Assembly (NCBI GenBank): GCA_015680685.1
Contig: MNCI01001786.1
Coordinates: forward strand, 14,022 to 78,021
DNA from: Gnetum montanum
Taxonomy: Eukaryota > Plantae > Gnetophyta
DNA length: 64,000 nt
Reading direction: 5' to 3'
Shown: positions 52,788-64,000 of the stretch, in pieces
How positions within the stretch are numbered: position 1 is the first letter of the stretch
Layout: every line of letters starts with the position of its first letter
Program-made: the position numbers and the translations under genes
The notes under the pieces: generated by a model
Seen by the model: the letters and a program-made list of their open reading frames with translations, nothing else
The model's database searches: none
Told to the model about the DNA's origin: nothing

Positions 52788-52815
52788 GGAGGTTCAGGCC
52801 CTCCTTCTAGCACTA
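52788..52815 (-). other. Primer-binding site complementary to tRNA-Asn (extended)
   Basis: + strand GGAGGTTCAGGCCCTCCTTCTAGCACTA resembles the plant tRNA-Asn(GTT) 3' end as I recall it, GGAGGTTCRANCCCTCCTTCTAGCGCCA. Confidence 0.75.
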
Positions 52816-52821
52816 GAAAAC

Positions 52822-54112
52822 TATATTGACGAAAAACGTTGGTTGCTAGAAATACCGAGAGGATTTCCGTGTACACAGTTCCAACCTCGGATCCGTGTGA
52901 GGGCCGTGCTGGAGAAAAGGAATCTAAGGTGCCCTGAACGATCTTGTTGATCAGATAGGAACTTACTTAGTCAGTAAATTTGTTAACGATCATATAACGA
53001 GATGATGATTTGATATGAAAACGTAATACCAATTGAGGAGAATACAAGATCTACTCCAAGATCAGATCTTGAAGGCAATGAAAACGATGTAAACTATGCA
53101 AAACAGCTGTAAAATTCAATGTAAACAGGGTGCAATGAATTGAATTTAGAAAATGCACGATCCAGAGATCTGGGATCTATCTTATGGAAAAATATGATGA
53201 ATACAACGAGATTTGCAAGCGGACTCCGGTTTGGATGAAGAATCCGCCACCAACAAGAAGCTATTTAGAGATTAAACAAGCAAAAGGTCAATATACCTTG
53301 TTCACTAACCAATCTGGGTGCAAAGGAGTTAGGCTCAAAGAAAAATGTTTTCTAACTTGAAATCTCTGGCCAAAAAGCTTCTCTCTATCACTGTCGATGT
53401 TCTTGCCAACTTTCGTCAACTGCCTCAAATTTTTCGACCTCTTTTTGTTGCCAACTTATTTTTTGTTTCTTCACCAGCCAGCCAACAAACCAACCCACTT
53501 TTCTTGCCCTTGTCAACCTCTTGAGCATTGTCCGCCAAGGTATTTATAGGATTAGGATTAGGAGAAGAACGTGGTTTAGATGACACGTGTCCTGGGCCCG
53601 CAGAATGTCGTTGACCTGGCATGCTGCAGCTAAAGCTTGTGATGCTACGCTGTGCCATGCTCTAAAGCGTAGCATAGCATAACCACCTTGCGGCCATGCT
53701 GTAATATGCTGGGAAGCATATCGTGGCATAATGACTACTACTGTTTGAATTTTCCTATCCTTGTTGTTACGGCTATTTCAATTGTGCTGCTTGCGTTACG
53801 CTATGCTACACTGTGTAGCGTAATGCAGCATAACACACAAAAAGTTAAGATTTGGAAGCATGGTTATCTTGAAAAGTTGAAGTGCTGTCACTGTGCATCC
53901 TTTGTTCTATCCTATCCTCCTGAAGTCTGCTGCGCTGAGCTACATAGCGTAGCGTATCAGGCCCTCAGCCGAAAAACAAAACTTTCTGAGATGTGCAACT
54001 ATTTTCCGGTGCTTCCATCGCTCAGATGTCTTGACGTTGCGCTTGTGAAATCCTTGCCTAAACTTCAAGACTTTTCTAAATCATTGAGGTCTCGAAATTT
54101 CATGGTGTTTCA
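52822..54112 (-). repeat. Tat 5' LTR (~1.29 kb)
   Basis: Paired with 36715-37994; PBS adjacent. Confidence 0.93.
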
Positions 54113-55132
54113 TTGGGCACTTAGAGTTTATCTATTCCATCTGAGTCAATTTGCATGTTAGTCAATAATCCCATACCTTTCCAATATTTTGTAAGGAACT
54201 TCTTCCTCCTCTTATTCACTCAAGGACAAGTTTTCATTTAGTTGCAGGGGTATGATGAATTATATTTAGCCTAGCTTTAATATTGGATATCCAACATCAA
54301 AGCCCTAATATTGGATATGTCATATCGAGTCCCAAGAAGCAATGTCGAACATCCAATATCATGGAATGTGTGCTAGCCTATAAATATAGCACTTAGGCAC
54401 ACAGTTTCTTCAAGTATTTGTCATAGCATCATAAAGATCTTGCAATTTCTCATCTCCAGAGTTAAAATATTTTCCATAGTGCCTGCACTAGGAGTCATTG
54501 AGTGTATAGATGTTTATTCGAGCATTGTTGTACTTGAGCACAGTAATGTGTGCACCAATAAAAATGAGCTTTCTGATCAAACATTATAGCACCTTGGCTA
54601 GCTTAAATATTTTATTCATGCATTTAATGTTTTGTGTAATTTCATTTAATACTACCAAGTAATTAAGCTAAGGTAAGCTAGTTAGATTAAATAGCAGTTA
54701 ATTATGCACATAAGTACAACTTCTTCGAAAATGTGCATGACACTTCGTAATCCTAGCAATGCTTAATGTTTGGTAACCCAGCAGTGTTATACATGTTTAG
54801 GATGTGCATGGAAAGTGGGACTGGATACTTATATTAGGATAATTTGTTATTAATTAGTAATTAGATTAGTTAAATTGGTTCATAAGTTGAGTTTCAACTT
54901 GTTAATTGTAGATGAATAAAATATAAAATAATAAAAATCATATGCCTTAATTACACTTAACCATACAACTACGCTCCACAAGTGTAGTTGGAAAGACAAT
55001 GATTGTCATGATTAGATTTCACATACCGAAACCAGTATACTTAAGAACTTAAGGCCTATAGAATTTTACTAGATTACACATGAACACTTGTGATTTTTAT
55101 GGTTGGGCATAGGGGTACCTTGTCACTCATCA

Positions 55133-58100
55133 AGTATGTTTAGAAATAGCCACTTGGTAATCTAGTAGTGTTAATACTAGTTTAGGATATGTACAGAAAG
55201 TGGGAATGGTTACTCCACATTAAGATGAGTTAGTTAATAGACTAGTCAATTAGTTATACATTTAATTATTCAATATTTACTCAATTATCTAGCTATTAGA
55301 AGAAAGATATAAAAATACTTGTAAAAATATATATCATGTGTCTTAACCCACACTTAACCATACATACTAATAACACACAAGTGTGAGTTAGAAAGATAAC
55401 AACCTTATAACTACATAATTGATTATTTAGTAATATAGGCCACTTGAATAACTAAGTCTATGAAGTTCAACTAAATTACTAGTGAACACTTGTGATTTGT
55501 ATGGTTGAGCATAGGGGATACCTACCACTCATCATTGGCACCATTGTCGAGAACTTAGTTTTGCTAAGTTCGCAAAATATTATTAACTAGTGGATTCATA
55601 TATAAGTATTGTGAGGAGAACATGAAAAACTATCTCTCATAATAATAATACTATTTTCCAAAGATATGCTTACATTTATTTTGAAATAGCTTCTATCCAT
55701 AGGAAAGAATCTCCACCACATGGGGATAGAAACAATAGATAATAGGATAGGACATAAATGACTACTAGTGAGAAGCCATAGCTAATAAAGATCAAGTATA
55801 CGCATCCAAATCCCTATTATCTAGACTTCACCTTCATCCTTCATTAGGATGAGCAATTCTATTAGAGATACATGGATGGTAACATCTTGTTACCTTGGAT
55901 CTATCTATTTCAATCATGCTCATGGTCCAACTTCGAAGGCTTGGCCTTAAAGTAGTAGGGCTTGAGTATGAACCAAAAAAAAACATCTCTAGGGATTATC
56001 AACCTATAGAAGTATAACTCCATAGGTAGAAAATCATAGAGGCTCACTATTAAGGCTCCAAGTACAAAAGGATCCCGATATCATTATTCTTTCATCTTCA
56101 TAAATAATGCAAGGATTTCTTTTCTAGCCAATCTCAATATATAGATTTTCCTCCTTTCTTTGAGGAGAATACCCTTCACCAATAGTTGTAGTCTACCCTA
56201 GAAAACCTTGGTGATGGGTAGACAAGATCAAGAAATCAAAGAACCTCAAAAGATAAATCTCCTTGTCATTCATCTATGGACAAGAAGAATGATAAGGAGA
56301 AGAAAAAAGAACCAATGAAGAAGAACTAGCAAACATCATTCTCCTAGGCTTTCATCTTCTTCATCCTTCTCTTCATCATCAAATTCTAATAGAAGGAGTC
56401 ACGACAAAGAAAAAAGTAGAAGAAATCAAGTTTGGGATGAAGAGCATAGACAATCCCATTGCGATGATAAGAGCTAGGATTGTAGATGACATTGAGAGAA
56501 AGAAGATCATCATCGAGAAAGGAGGCATAATAGAATCCATCATAGGAGGCATATCCATGATACAAGCCATTGTAGACATGAAGATAATGATGAGTCATTA
56601 TTGGCCACTAGAAACATGTTGAATGTTTTAGAAGTAGTTAAATTCCTTGCTAGGCATCTAAAGGATAGTTAGATCAAATGACTAGATATGAACAATATCC
56701 TCAAATTTGAAGGGGCTATAATGTAGATCCACAATACCATTTGCAAGCTTTCCAAGAAAGGGTTTGAGGTGGACTCAAAAAAGTATGATTCATTCAAGAA
56801 ATCACTAGACAACCTAAAACAGTAAAAGATATGAGGTCATTCCTTGGGCACATTGGTTTCTATCGACAATTCATTAAGAACTTCTCTCAAATCACCAAGT
56901 TGTTGGTAGAGCTAAAAAAGAAGGATGCACTGTTTAACTAGACTAAGGAATGCGAGCATACATTGTAGCAATTGAAGAAAAAACTCCTATTGTATGAGCT
57001 CTAAACTAATCCAAACCCTTTCACATCACAATAGATACATCCAACTATGTATTGGGGGTGATACTAATATAATTGGATGATCAGAAACATTCTTGATATA
57101 TCCATTACACCAGTAGAAGTATTATGGATGCACAACTAACTTACACCACCACTAAGAAGGAGCTCATGGTGGTGGTGTATTCCTTAGAAAAATTTAGGCA
57201 TTATGTTCTTAGATACAAACTCTTTGTGCATAAGGATCCCAGTGCAATTTGCTTCCTCATGAACAAGCCAACACTGAGTCCTATGTCATACAATGATTGG
57301 TGATCTTATAGGAGTTTGATCTTATGGTGGTAGATAGAAAGGGAAGTAAGAATATGGTCACCAATCACATGTCACCTCAATTATGATAGGATTATAAAGA
57401 GGATGAAGAACCTCTATCTGATCAATTCCTAGATGAACTCCTCTTTACCAAAGCTAGTAATGATCAAGAAACTAGGAGTACTAACAAGTATAATGATTTC
57501 CTCTTCTATATTCTCACTTAGGAGACTCCACAGGAATGGGATAACAAGAAGAAATAACGATTTCTTCACTAAGCCAAAAACTACATGGAGATTGAAGATA
57601 ACCTTTATAAGGTTTGTGCTTATGGATTGGTATGAAGGTGTGTACCAGATGCTAATAAACTGAAAATACCCTAAGATGCCCATGAAGGTTCTTGTGGGGG
57701 CCATTATGTAGGCAGGAATATTTCTACAAAGATCCTTATGGTAGGCTACTTCTAATCTACCATTTTTAGGAATGACCACCATTTCTCCCTTTCATGTAAA
57801 TGCTACAAATGAAATAGAGGATTAATAGATACAATGGAGAGGCCTTAATAGTGGATCCAATCACTGGAGCCCTTGGACATCTTGGGCATTGACTTCCTAG
57901 GACCCATCACTCCCATGTCCAATGGAAATATATGCATCATCATAACTATTGACTATTGCACCAAGTGAGCTGAAGCTACTATCATCACTGATTATTCATC
58001 TTCTATTGCTGCATTATTTATTCAATAAAGTTTGGTAAATAGGTTTGGTATGCTAATAACACTTACTTCTAATTATGGGACTCATTTTAAAGGGGCTACT

Positions 58101-59979
58101 TTTGGAAATTGATACAACTCTTGGGGGTTTAACATAAACTAATAACCCTCTATCATCCCCAAACTAATGGTCAAGATGAAGTTACTAATAGGAAGATAAC
58201 CCAAATCCTAACATGTATAATTAGTAAGTATAAGAAGCACTCAAGCATGAAGCTTGAGCTTATCAATCTACATGAAAACTTCCCATAGGGTGTTCTCCTT
58301 ATGAGTTGGTATATGAGAAGTTACCCAAACTTCCAATCCAAGCTAAGCTTTGTACACTTTCAACAACTTTTGAGCTTGAGCTTGATCTTGATTTAGCACA
58401 TCGAGAATGCCTCATGATATTGAATGTGTTAGAAAAAAAATAACAAGTAGCCTTAATTATGAATGAAGTGCATAAGGCACATGCCAAACAATTTCATGAT
58501 GCCTAAGTATGAAGAGTTAAGTTTCAACCTAGCTATAAGGTTCTCTATTAGAATCCCATGCATATGCCTCAATATACTAAATTTCAAACATTATGGGAAG
58601 GCCCTTATGTAATTCATGCAACTTTCCATTTAGGTGCCATGACCATCTACCACCCATAAAATCCAAAGAAATGGTTGTTGGTCAACATCCAATAAGTAAA
58701 ACCTTTTCTAGAACCTTATGTAACTAGTGGCTCTAACACATCAATGCTTGCATAAGCATTCTCTATTTTTTAAATACCCTCCTCTTAACTTAGGCATGGG
58801 AGAGATGACCATCCATACTAACACCTTGTGAAGAAGTTAGGATAAAGTAAGACTTGATTGAACTCCAAAAACTATTTAATGCTCTAAGTAGACACATTGC
58901 TTCAAAGAATTTCAAAAGTTTAAAAATTAAAAGTTAAGGAAATGCATGTTACTATTTTAGAGATCATCATGATTAAGAAAAAGATCATGTGAGATGTTTC
59001 ATATGTTAGGGAAGAGTCCTATGACATAAAAAATAATTGTTAACTTGGACATTGTAAATAAATAGCTTACTATAGAAAATAATAGGTTGAAGGTGGTAAA
59101 GAAAGAATAGGATGCAATTGTAGCACACATCCAATAGAACAAATAGGAACAAATAAAGAAAAACTTGAAGATAGCTAGGTTGGTTAGGGAAAACATAAAT
59201 CTTTCCATGTAGGTGATACATCTTATTCAAAAGCAAATAAAACTAGAGAAAATTTGCCTAGTAATATGAGGCTTAAAAGCTAAGGAACATTAACAATAAT
59301 TATAGAGCATAGGTAGGCCTTCAAAAAGAAATCAACAAGAAAGATCTAAAGTTGGCCAAGATCAAAGTAGAGAAAATTTTTTAAAATCCTACTATAATTC
59401 TATGGAAAAAAAACCTTGATACTATAGGTTTGATCAACAACATTAAACTAAGGATGAAAGATCTATAAGTTGAGAATCTTAACGACTATCTTGAACTCAC
59501 CTAGCTATGCTTCTTCAATCTTATCTTTTACACAATAAAAAAGCCTATAAGTGAGCATGAGAAACATTTGGTAGTTTCCTTCTCACTTTATGGACATGAA
59601 TGCTAGATTCACAACTAAGTAAAAGTTAAGCTTTGGGTAGAGATGGCTAAGAACGAGACCTATAAAAGTAGTTTTGAAGGCCAATGGGATGTAGTAAAAA
59701 AATTGACATGTAGAATAAGTAACTAATAGGCCTGCAAAAAAATACTAAAAAATTTAAAACATGAATGTTACTTGTTTATAATTTGGCTCATCCATGCTAA
59801 AAAGTTTTTACCCCTTTGCCATGTCCACGGGGTATTCCAATATCAGCGAAACCTGTAAAAAAATATATGAACAATAGGTGATCCATGAATGAATGAAAAA
59901 AAAATTTATAATTTCAACATGATATGGAATAAGAAGGGAATGGATTTGATTCCTCTAGGAATGTAATCTCATTGATCAT
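55133..59979 (+). mobile_element. Old Athila-like element: partial 5' LTR (to 55534), PBS, gag start, internal deletion, RT end/RNase H/integrase, 3' non-coding region
   Basis: CTCATCA followed by TTGGCACCATTGTCG; [20 protein letters not shown]; YTTTKKELMVVVYSLEKFRHY; AHEGSCGGHY; GIDFLGP; YHPQTNGQ; WEGPY. Confidence 0.85.
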
Positions 59980-62900
59980 TGATGAGTGGTGAAGTAACCC
60001 AACACTCTACCATACAAGTCACAAGTACCGACATGTGACTAGATTGTAATTTGCAGATGGAAAATGTTATTATGCTAGTAATTAAGATTAAGTTTGAGAT
60101 TGTTGTCTTCTCAACTTAAGCTAGTGAAGTTCTAGTGTATGACTTAGCTCTTAGTAAGACATATGATTATTGATGTTGATTGACTCTTATCTCTCTTAAA
60201 GGTAAACATGGTTGAATAAAGTTCTAAGTCTAATGAACTAGTAAACCTATCTTACCCAAGTGTGATGGACATCTAATCCTAGTCTACTATTAATATCTTG
60301 TACTCATGTATCTATCAGTGGGATTACCAAGTGGAATTACTATTGAGTGAACAAAGCAACACCACTACTAGGTTACCAAATAACTACACTTAGCACTCAA
60401 AACTAGTCATATCCATATCACTTACTAATGACATGTAAAGTAAAGTGCTTTAGAAAATAAAGTGTTAAACTAGGAAAATAGTAAGAATTATGTTAAGTGA
60501 AACATTATAAAACTAAGGGAATGCTAAAATGATGGAAAGAAATTTGGATCGTTATTGCCTCCATGAATCGAGTCCAAGTATAGTTCATTTGAATAAAGAT
60601 ACTAATCAATTACTAAACATCACACTATGGGCATTCACTCTCTCATTAAGTTCATGAAAACAAACTACAAGAATCTAGATAATGTTGTAATCCAAAAGTT
60701 ATTGGATCATGCACCCAAGTGTTGTATTTATAGGACTACATGCATCTCAAGACATCGCATCAATGATGACATAGTGTGTTCCATGATATCGTATCAACAA
60801 CATTGTTGCTATGATATTGAATAAAAAAAATTATCTTCATCATACCCCCACAATTAATTAGAAACTCCTCCTTAAGTTAAAATAGAATGAGGATAGTTCC
60901 TTACAAAATTGGGAGGTATACTTGACTTGACATGACTGACTAACTATTTACATGACTTAGAATGTCATAGTGGTGTCTTTACAAAACTTGAAATAGTTAC
61001 ATGAAAAAATAAAATAAAACCAAAACAAAAGTAGCTTGATGTAGATCAGGTTCTAGGTAGTGAATGCTCTTTCATCAGCTACTTCCCTTTGTCGTCGAGC
61101 TTTTTGAATGAATACCTCTTCAAAACTACCTAAATTTTTTCTTCCTATGTCCTAGGATCATGTACCATCCATGCTTGTTAAGTGATGTTTGATGGAGTTG
61201 GTAAATCCCATGGACATGAAAACTATGGAAACTTTTGGTTAGCTTTCACATACCAAGCTACAAATTTTTGCCTCTCTTCCTCAAAAGTTGTGGTCATCTT
61301 TCTCAACTCTTAATAGTCTAACATGTGATGAGCTGGGTTAGGTGCTACATCCTTTTAGCCTTGGTAGCTAGCTTTGATGATCACAAGGTTGTAGTTTGTA
61401 ACATAAAACTTCTGTATGGCATCATTCCTATTAGCAAATTCCTTCTCATACATTGCATAGACTACTACTACCTACTACTCCAACTCATTCTTGGGGCTAC
61501 CTATTGTTAACATGGCTAGACTAGCATATCGAAAGTTTGCTAATCCCATGTATTCTATCAAATATTTGATTTATAGGTCTTTATTCTTTACCTTTGCCTA
61601 GTGGACATGAGCAAGACTATCTAGAATTGGCTATCAATTAGGAATTTTTGTAGAAATTAAACTCATTTTGGCCTTTTCCATCTGGATCTCTTTCTCAGTG
61701 ATTTGTTTGTACATGCCCACTTGATCCCTGAAATGATCTTTGAGTCTTTCATGCTTCTTGGCCTCATTTTTCTATGCACTGATTTCAATTGTAAATTTCT
61801 AGCAAATGACATAGACTTGTTCCATTAACAGGGTTCCTTTATCATAAGCCAAGTGACTCATATCATGGTTGACACAAGCCAGTTTTTCTCCTGGTTACTA
61901 GATGCTTTCCTCGAGAACATTAATTTTTCTCTTAATGTTTGTTAACTAAGTATTGTTAGCAACTAATTGTCTATTCTCTTCCTACAAGGTAATGAATGCT
62001 TTAACATGTGCATATGTTTGTACTTCAACCACAGAAGCATACCACATTGTCTTCTTCTTCTCCTTCTACATCTTCATGTTGTGGTCACCTAGGCACCTTA
62101 CATGATCAATTTTAAACTATTCAAGTTGGTCTAGTACTATGAATTGTGTTGGATCTCTTCTTTTAGCTCTCAAGGTGGCTAGTTCTTTTTGCAATCTTTG
62201 CACTTCATTCTCTATATGCCCATCCCTAGTTTTAGTCATGACCAACCTTCCTTTTATGGCAATGAAATCAAACTAAACTACAGTGATATCATTGGGGATA
62301 TCAAAAAGATTTTGCATTACTTGTCTTGTTTATAATAGGCTATCTAGTATATCTTCATGCTCTGCAGGATTCATTAAGGTACCAACAAGCATTTAAGCAT
62401 CTCTTACTCTAAAAATGTCAACTAGTGGCATAACAGGTACATTAAGTAATTTTTTAATGTGATTTGTTATTACTTCAGTTGCTCCTACTACATCTTGGTG
62501 CTACATAACCATAACTATGGCTCCTTCACTGGTTTCTAGCATAACCTAGAATGATGTAATGTTCCTTGAGATTTTTAGTGCCTAGTCATCCTCTCCTCCT
62601 ATTTGCAGTGACACTTGCCCATTGGCTAGATCAGTGGATATGGTAGGCCTTATAAATCTCTCTTTTACTTTATACAAATTGGCTCCCTCTCTTATTCCCT
62701 AATTTATTATTTCTACAATCTACTATAAATGCCTCATGGATGGTTTATAGTCTTATAATGATGGTGGAAATTGTTGTTGTTATTGTTGTTGCTACTACTA
62801 TTGTTCAGTTTGTGGTTGAATACTAGATCGTACTTGTTGTTGCTGACTAGTAGTTAGAATACTACCCATAAGAGTGGTTCTTGTAGTTCCCTCAGTGCCT

Positions 62901-64000
62901 ATTAATTCCTCTACTTGATCCTTCTTCCATGGCACTAGCTTAAGCATTTTTGCATAAGAAGCACTCAGGGCCTTCCTAGGAACATCATTGGTGTACCCCA
63001 GGATTCCAGCTCGCTTACACAACATTCTGATAAGGCAAGGGAATGGAAGTGTTAGCTTTGCTATCTTCTTTTCCTCAAACCACCTTTGAATCTTGAGGAA
63101 GAATATATGGGTGATGTTAGTGTTGAATTTTTCCATTAGAATTACACTTCCTCCAGCCACATATGTTGATATTCTATTGAGCCTTTTTGTAGGAAACAAG
63201 TGGTAGGTCTCAATTTTCAAGTATATCATTTCTTCAATTATGAGCTCGCTATAATCTTTATCTTTCTTACCATATGCCCTTTGTAACCATAGCCTTTTTG
63301 CATCAATGTCAGATCTTGTTGAGATTTTTTTCACATTAGCTCCTTCATTTGGGATGTTGAGGGCCTTGACAATTACCTCCACTAAATATGGTACAAAGAT
63401 TCCTTCGATTGTAGCTATGGCATCTATGTGATTATTTTTCCAGAACTGGTACATTTCTCCTAAGTATCATTCATTGCTTTTAATTAATGTGGATCATAGA
63501 GAAAATGCTTGGATTTGTGTCTTCAAAACTTCTAAAGAAAATTCCATAAAAGGACCAAAATTTAGTTCCATGATGACCATTGACATGATAGATTTTTCTT
63601 AGATGGCTTGGAGGCATTTTGGTGATAGTGTAAGGCACTATCCTTATTTAGGTACTTGTGGAACCTCTACCTCTCCTTGGACTAAGTGCTTTGTGATAGG
63701 AGTCTATTGATGAATGTTGTATGATTGAGCCTCCTACTTTGTGTGTTCTGCTTGTGGAGTTTATTCTTTCTCTTAACCTCTCCCATGTCCTCTTGGTCTT
63801 TTCCTCCCATGTTGTGAAGGTTCTCCTTCTTTTGGTCTCTTTGGGACCATATGCAATTAATAAGGGCTTGAAATTATTAAAGTGTTTACATCCATTTTTA
63901 ATAGTTCTTTTCCTTACTCATACCCTTGGTCAGATCAAGTTCTTATCTTATTATGATTGTAGAGTTAGAAAAATTTTCAACAAGAAACCCCTTAGGTGTT
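59980..64000 (-). mobile_element. 3' part of an Athila-like element (3' LTR 59980-60842, PPT, accessory ORF); continues right of the window
   Basis: TGATGAG...TTCATCA LTR followed by TACCCCCACAATT (PPT complement). Confidence 0.85.
61040..63850 (-). pseudogene. Decayed 'env-like' accessory ORF
   Basis: ORF 62798-63454 (YLKIETYHLFP.K.L.RISTY...LPFPCLI..LC.RAGI.GYTNDV) matches 1502-1860; C-terminal FVAWYVKANQKFP matches ~3525-3570. Confidence 0.82.

Larger units (their letters stand above)
36715..54112 (-). mobile_element. Full-length Tat-lineage (Ogre/Retand-like) Ty3/Gypsy element, 17.4 kb
   Basis: LTRs at 52822-54112 and 36715-37994; TSD TTGGA/TTGGG; PBS at 52788-52815; PPT CAAAGAGGGGCCA; domain order gag-PR-[insert]-RT-RH-aRH-INT. 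Confidence 0.93.
35600..55132 (+). mobile_element. 5'-truncated Athila-like element (3' non-coding region, PPT, 3' LTR 54253-55132) split by the Tat insertion
   Basis: 35600-36180 is homologous to the conserved 3' block of the other copies. Sequence resumes at 54113 with PPT AGTTGCAGGGGTA and an LTR reading TGATGAA...CTCATCA. Confidence 0.75.

Noticed and set aside
52788-52815. tRNA gene
   Set aside because: Only the 3' 28 nt are present, at the PBS position.

Overview
Gene-poor, AT-rich, CpG-depleted land-plant nuclear DNA made almost entirely of nested, decayed transposable elements, with assembly gaps at 4151-4597, 15005-15183, 16586-16659 and 30188. No intact host protein gene or RNA gene is recognisable. 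The window holds at least six Athila-like Ty3/Gypsy units (TGATGA...TCATCA LTRs of ~0.8-0.9 kb, tRNA-Asp-type PBS), including a solo LTR and a gag-only non-autonomous copy. It also holds a complete 17.4-kb Tat (Ogre/Retand-like) element, a MULE/SWIM transposase split by an LTR element and flanked by a ~262-bp tandem array, and a Penelope-like GIY-YIG retroelement fragment. Four observations stand out. (1) The Tat element carries a ~3.7-kb, six-intron antisense accessory gene between its protease and RT. (2) Each LTR family repeats its own CpG-containing motif both in the LTR and upstream of its accessory gene. (3) The Tat PBS matches 28 nt of tRNA-Asn, including the whole T-arm. (4) A CpG-retaining island at ~9.2-10.5 kb looks like a host promoter and first exon. 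All alignments and translations were done by eye. Internal boundaries are approximate; LTR ends and TSDs were counted base by base.
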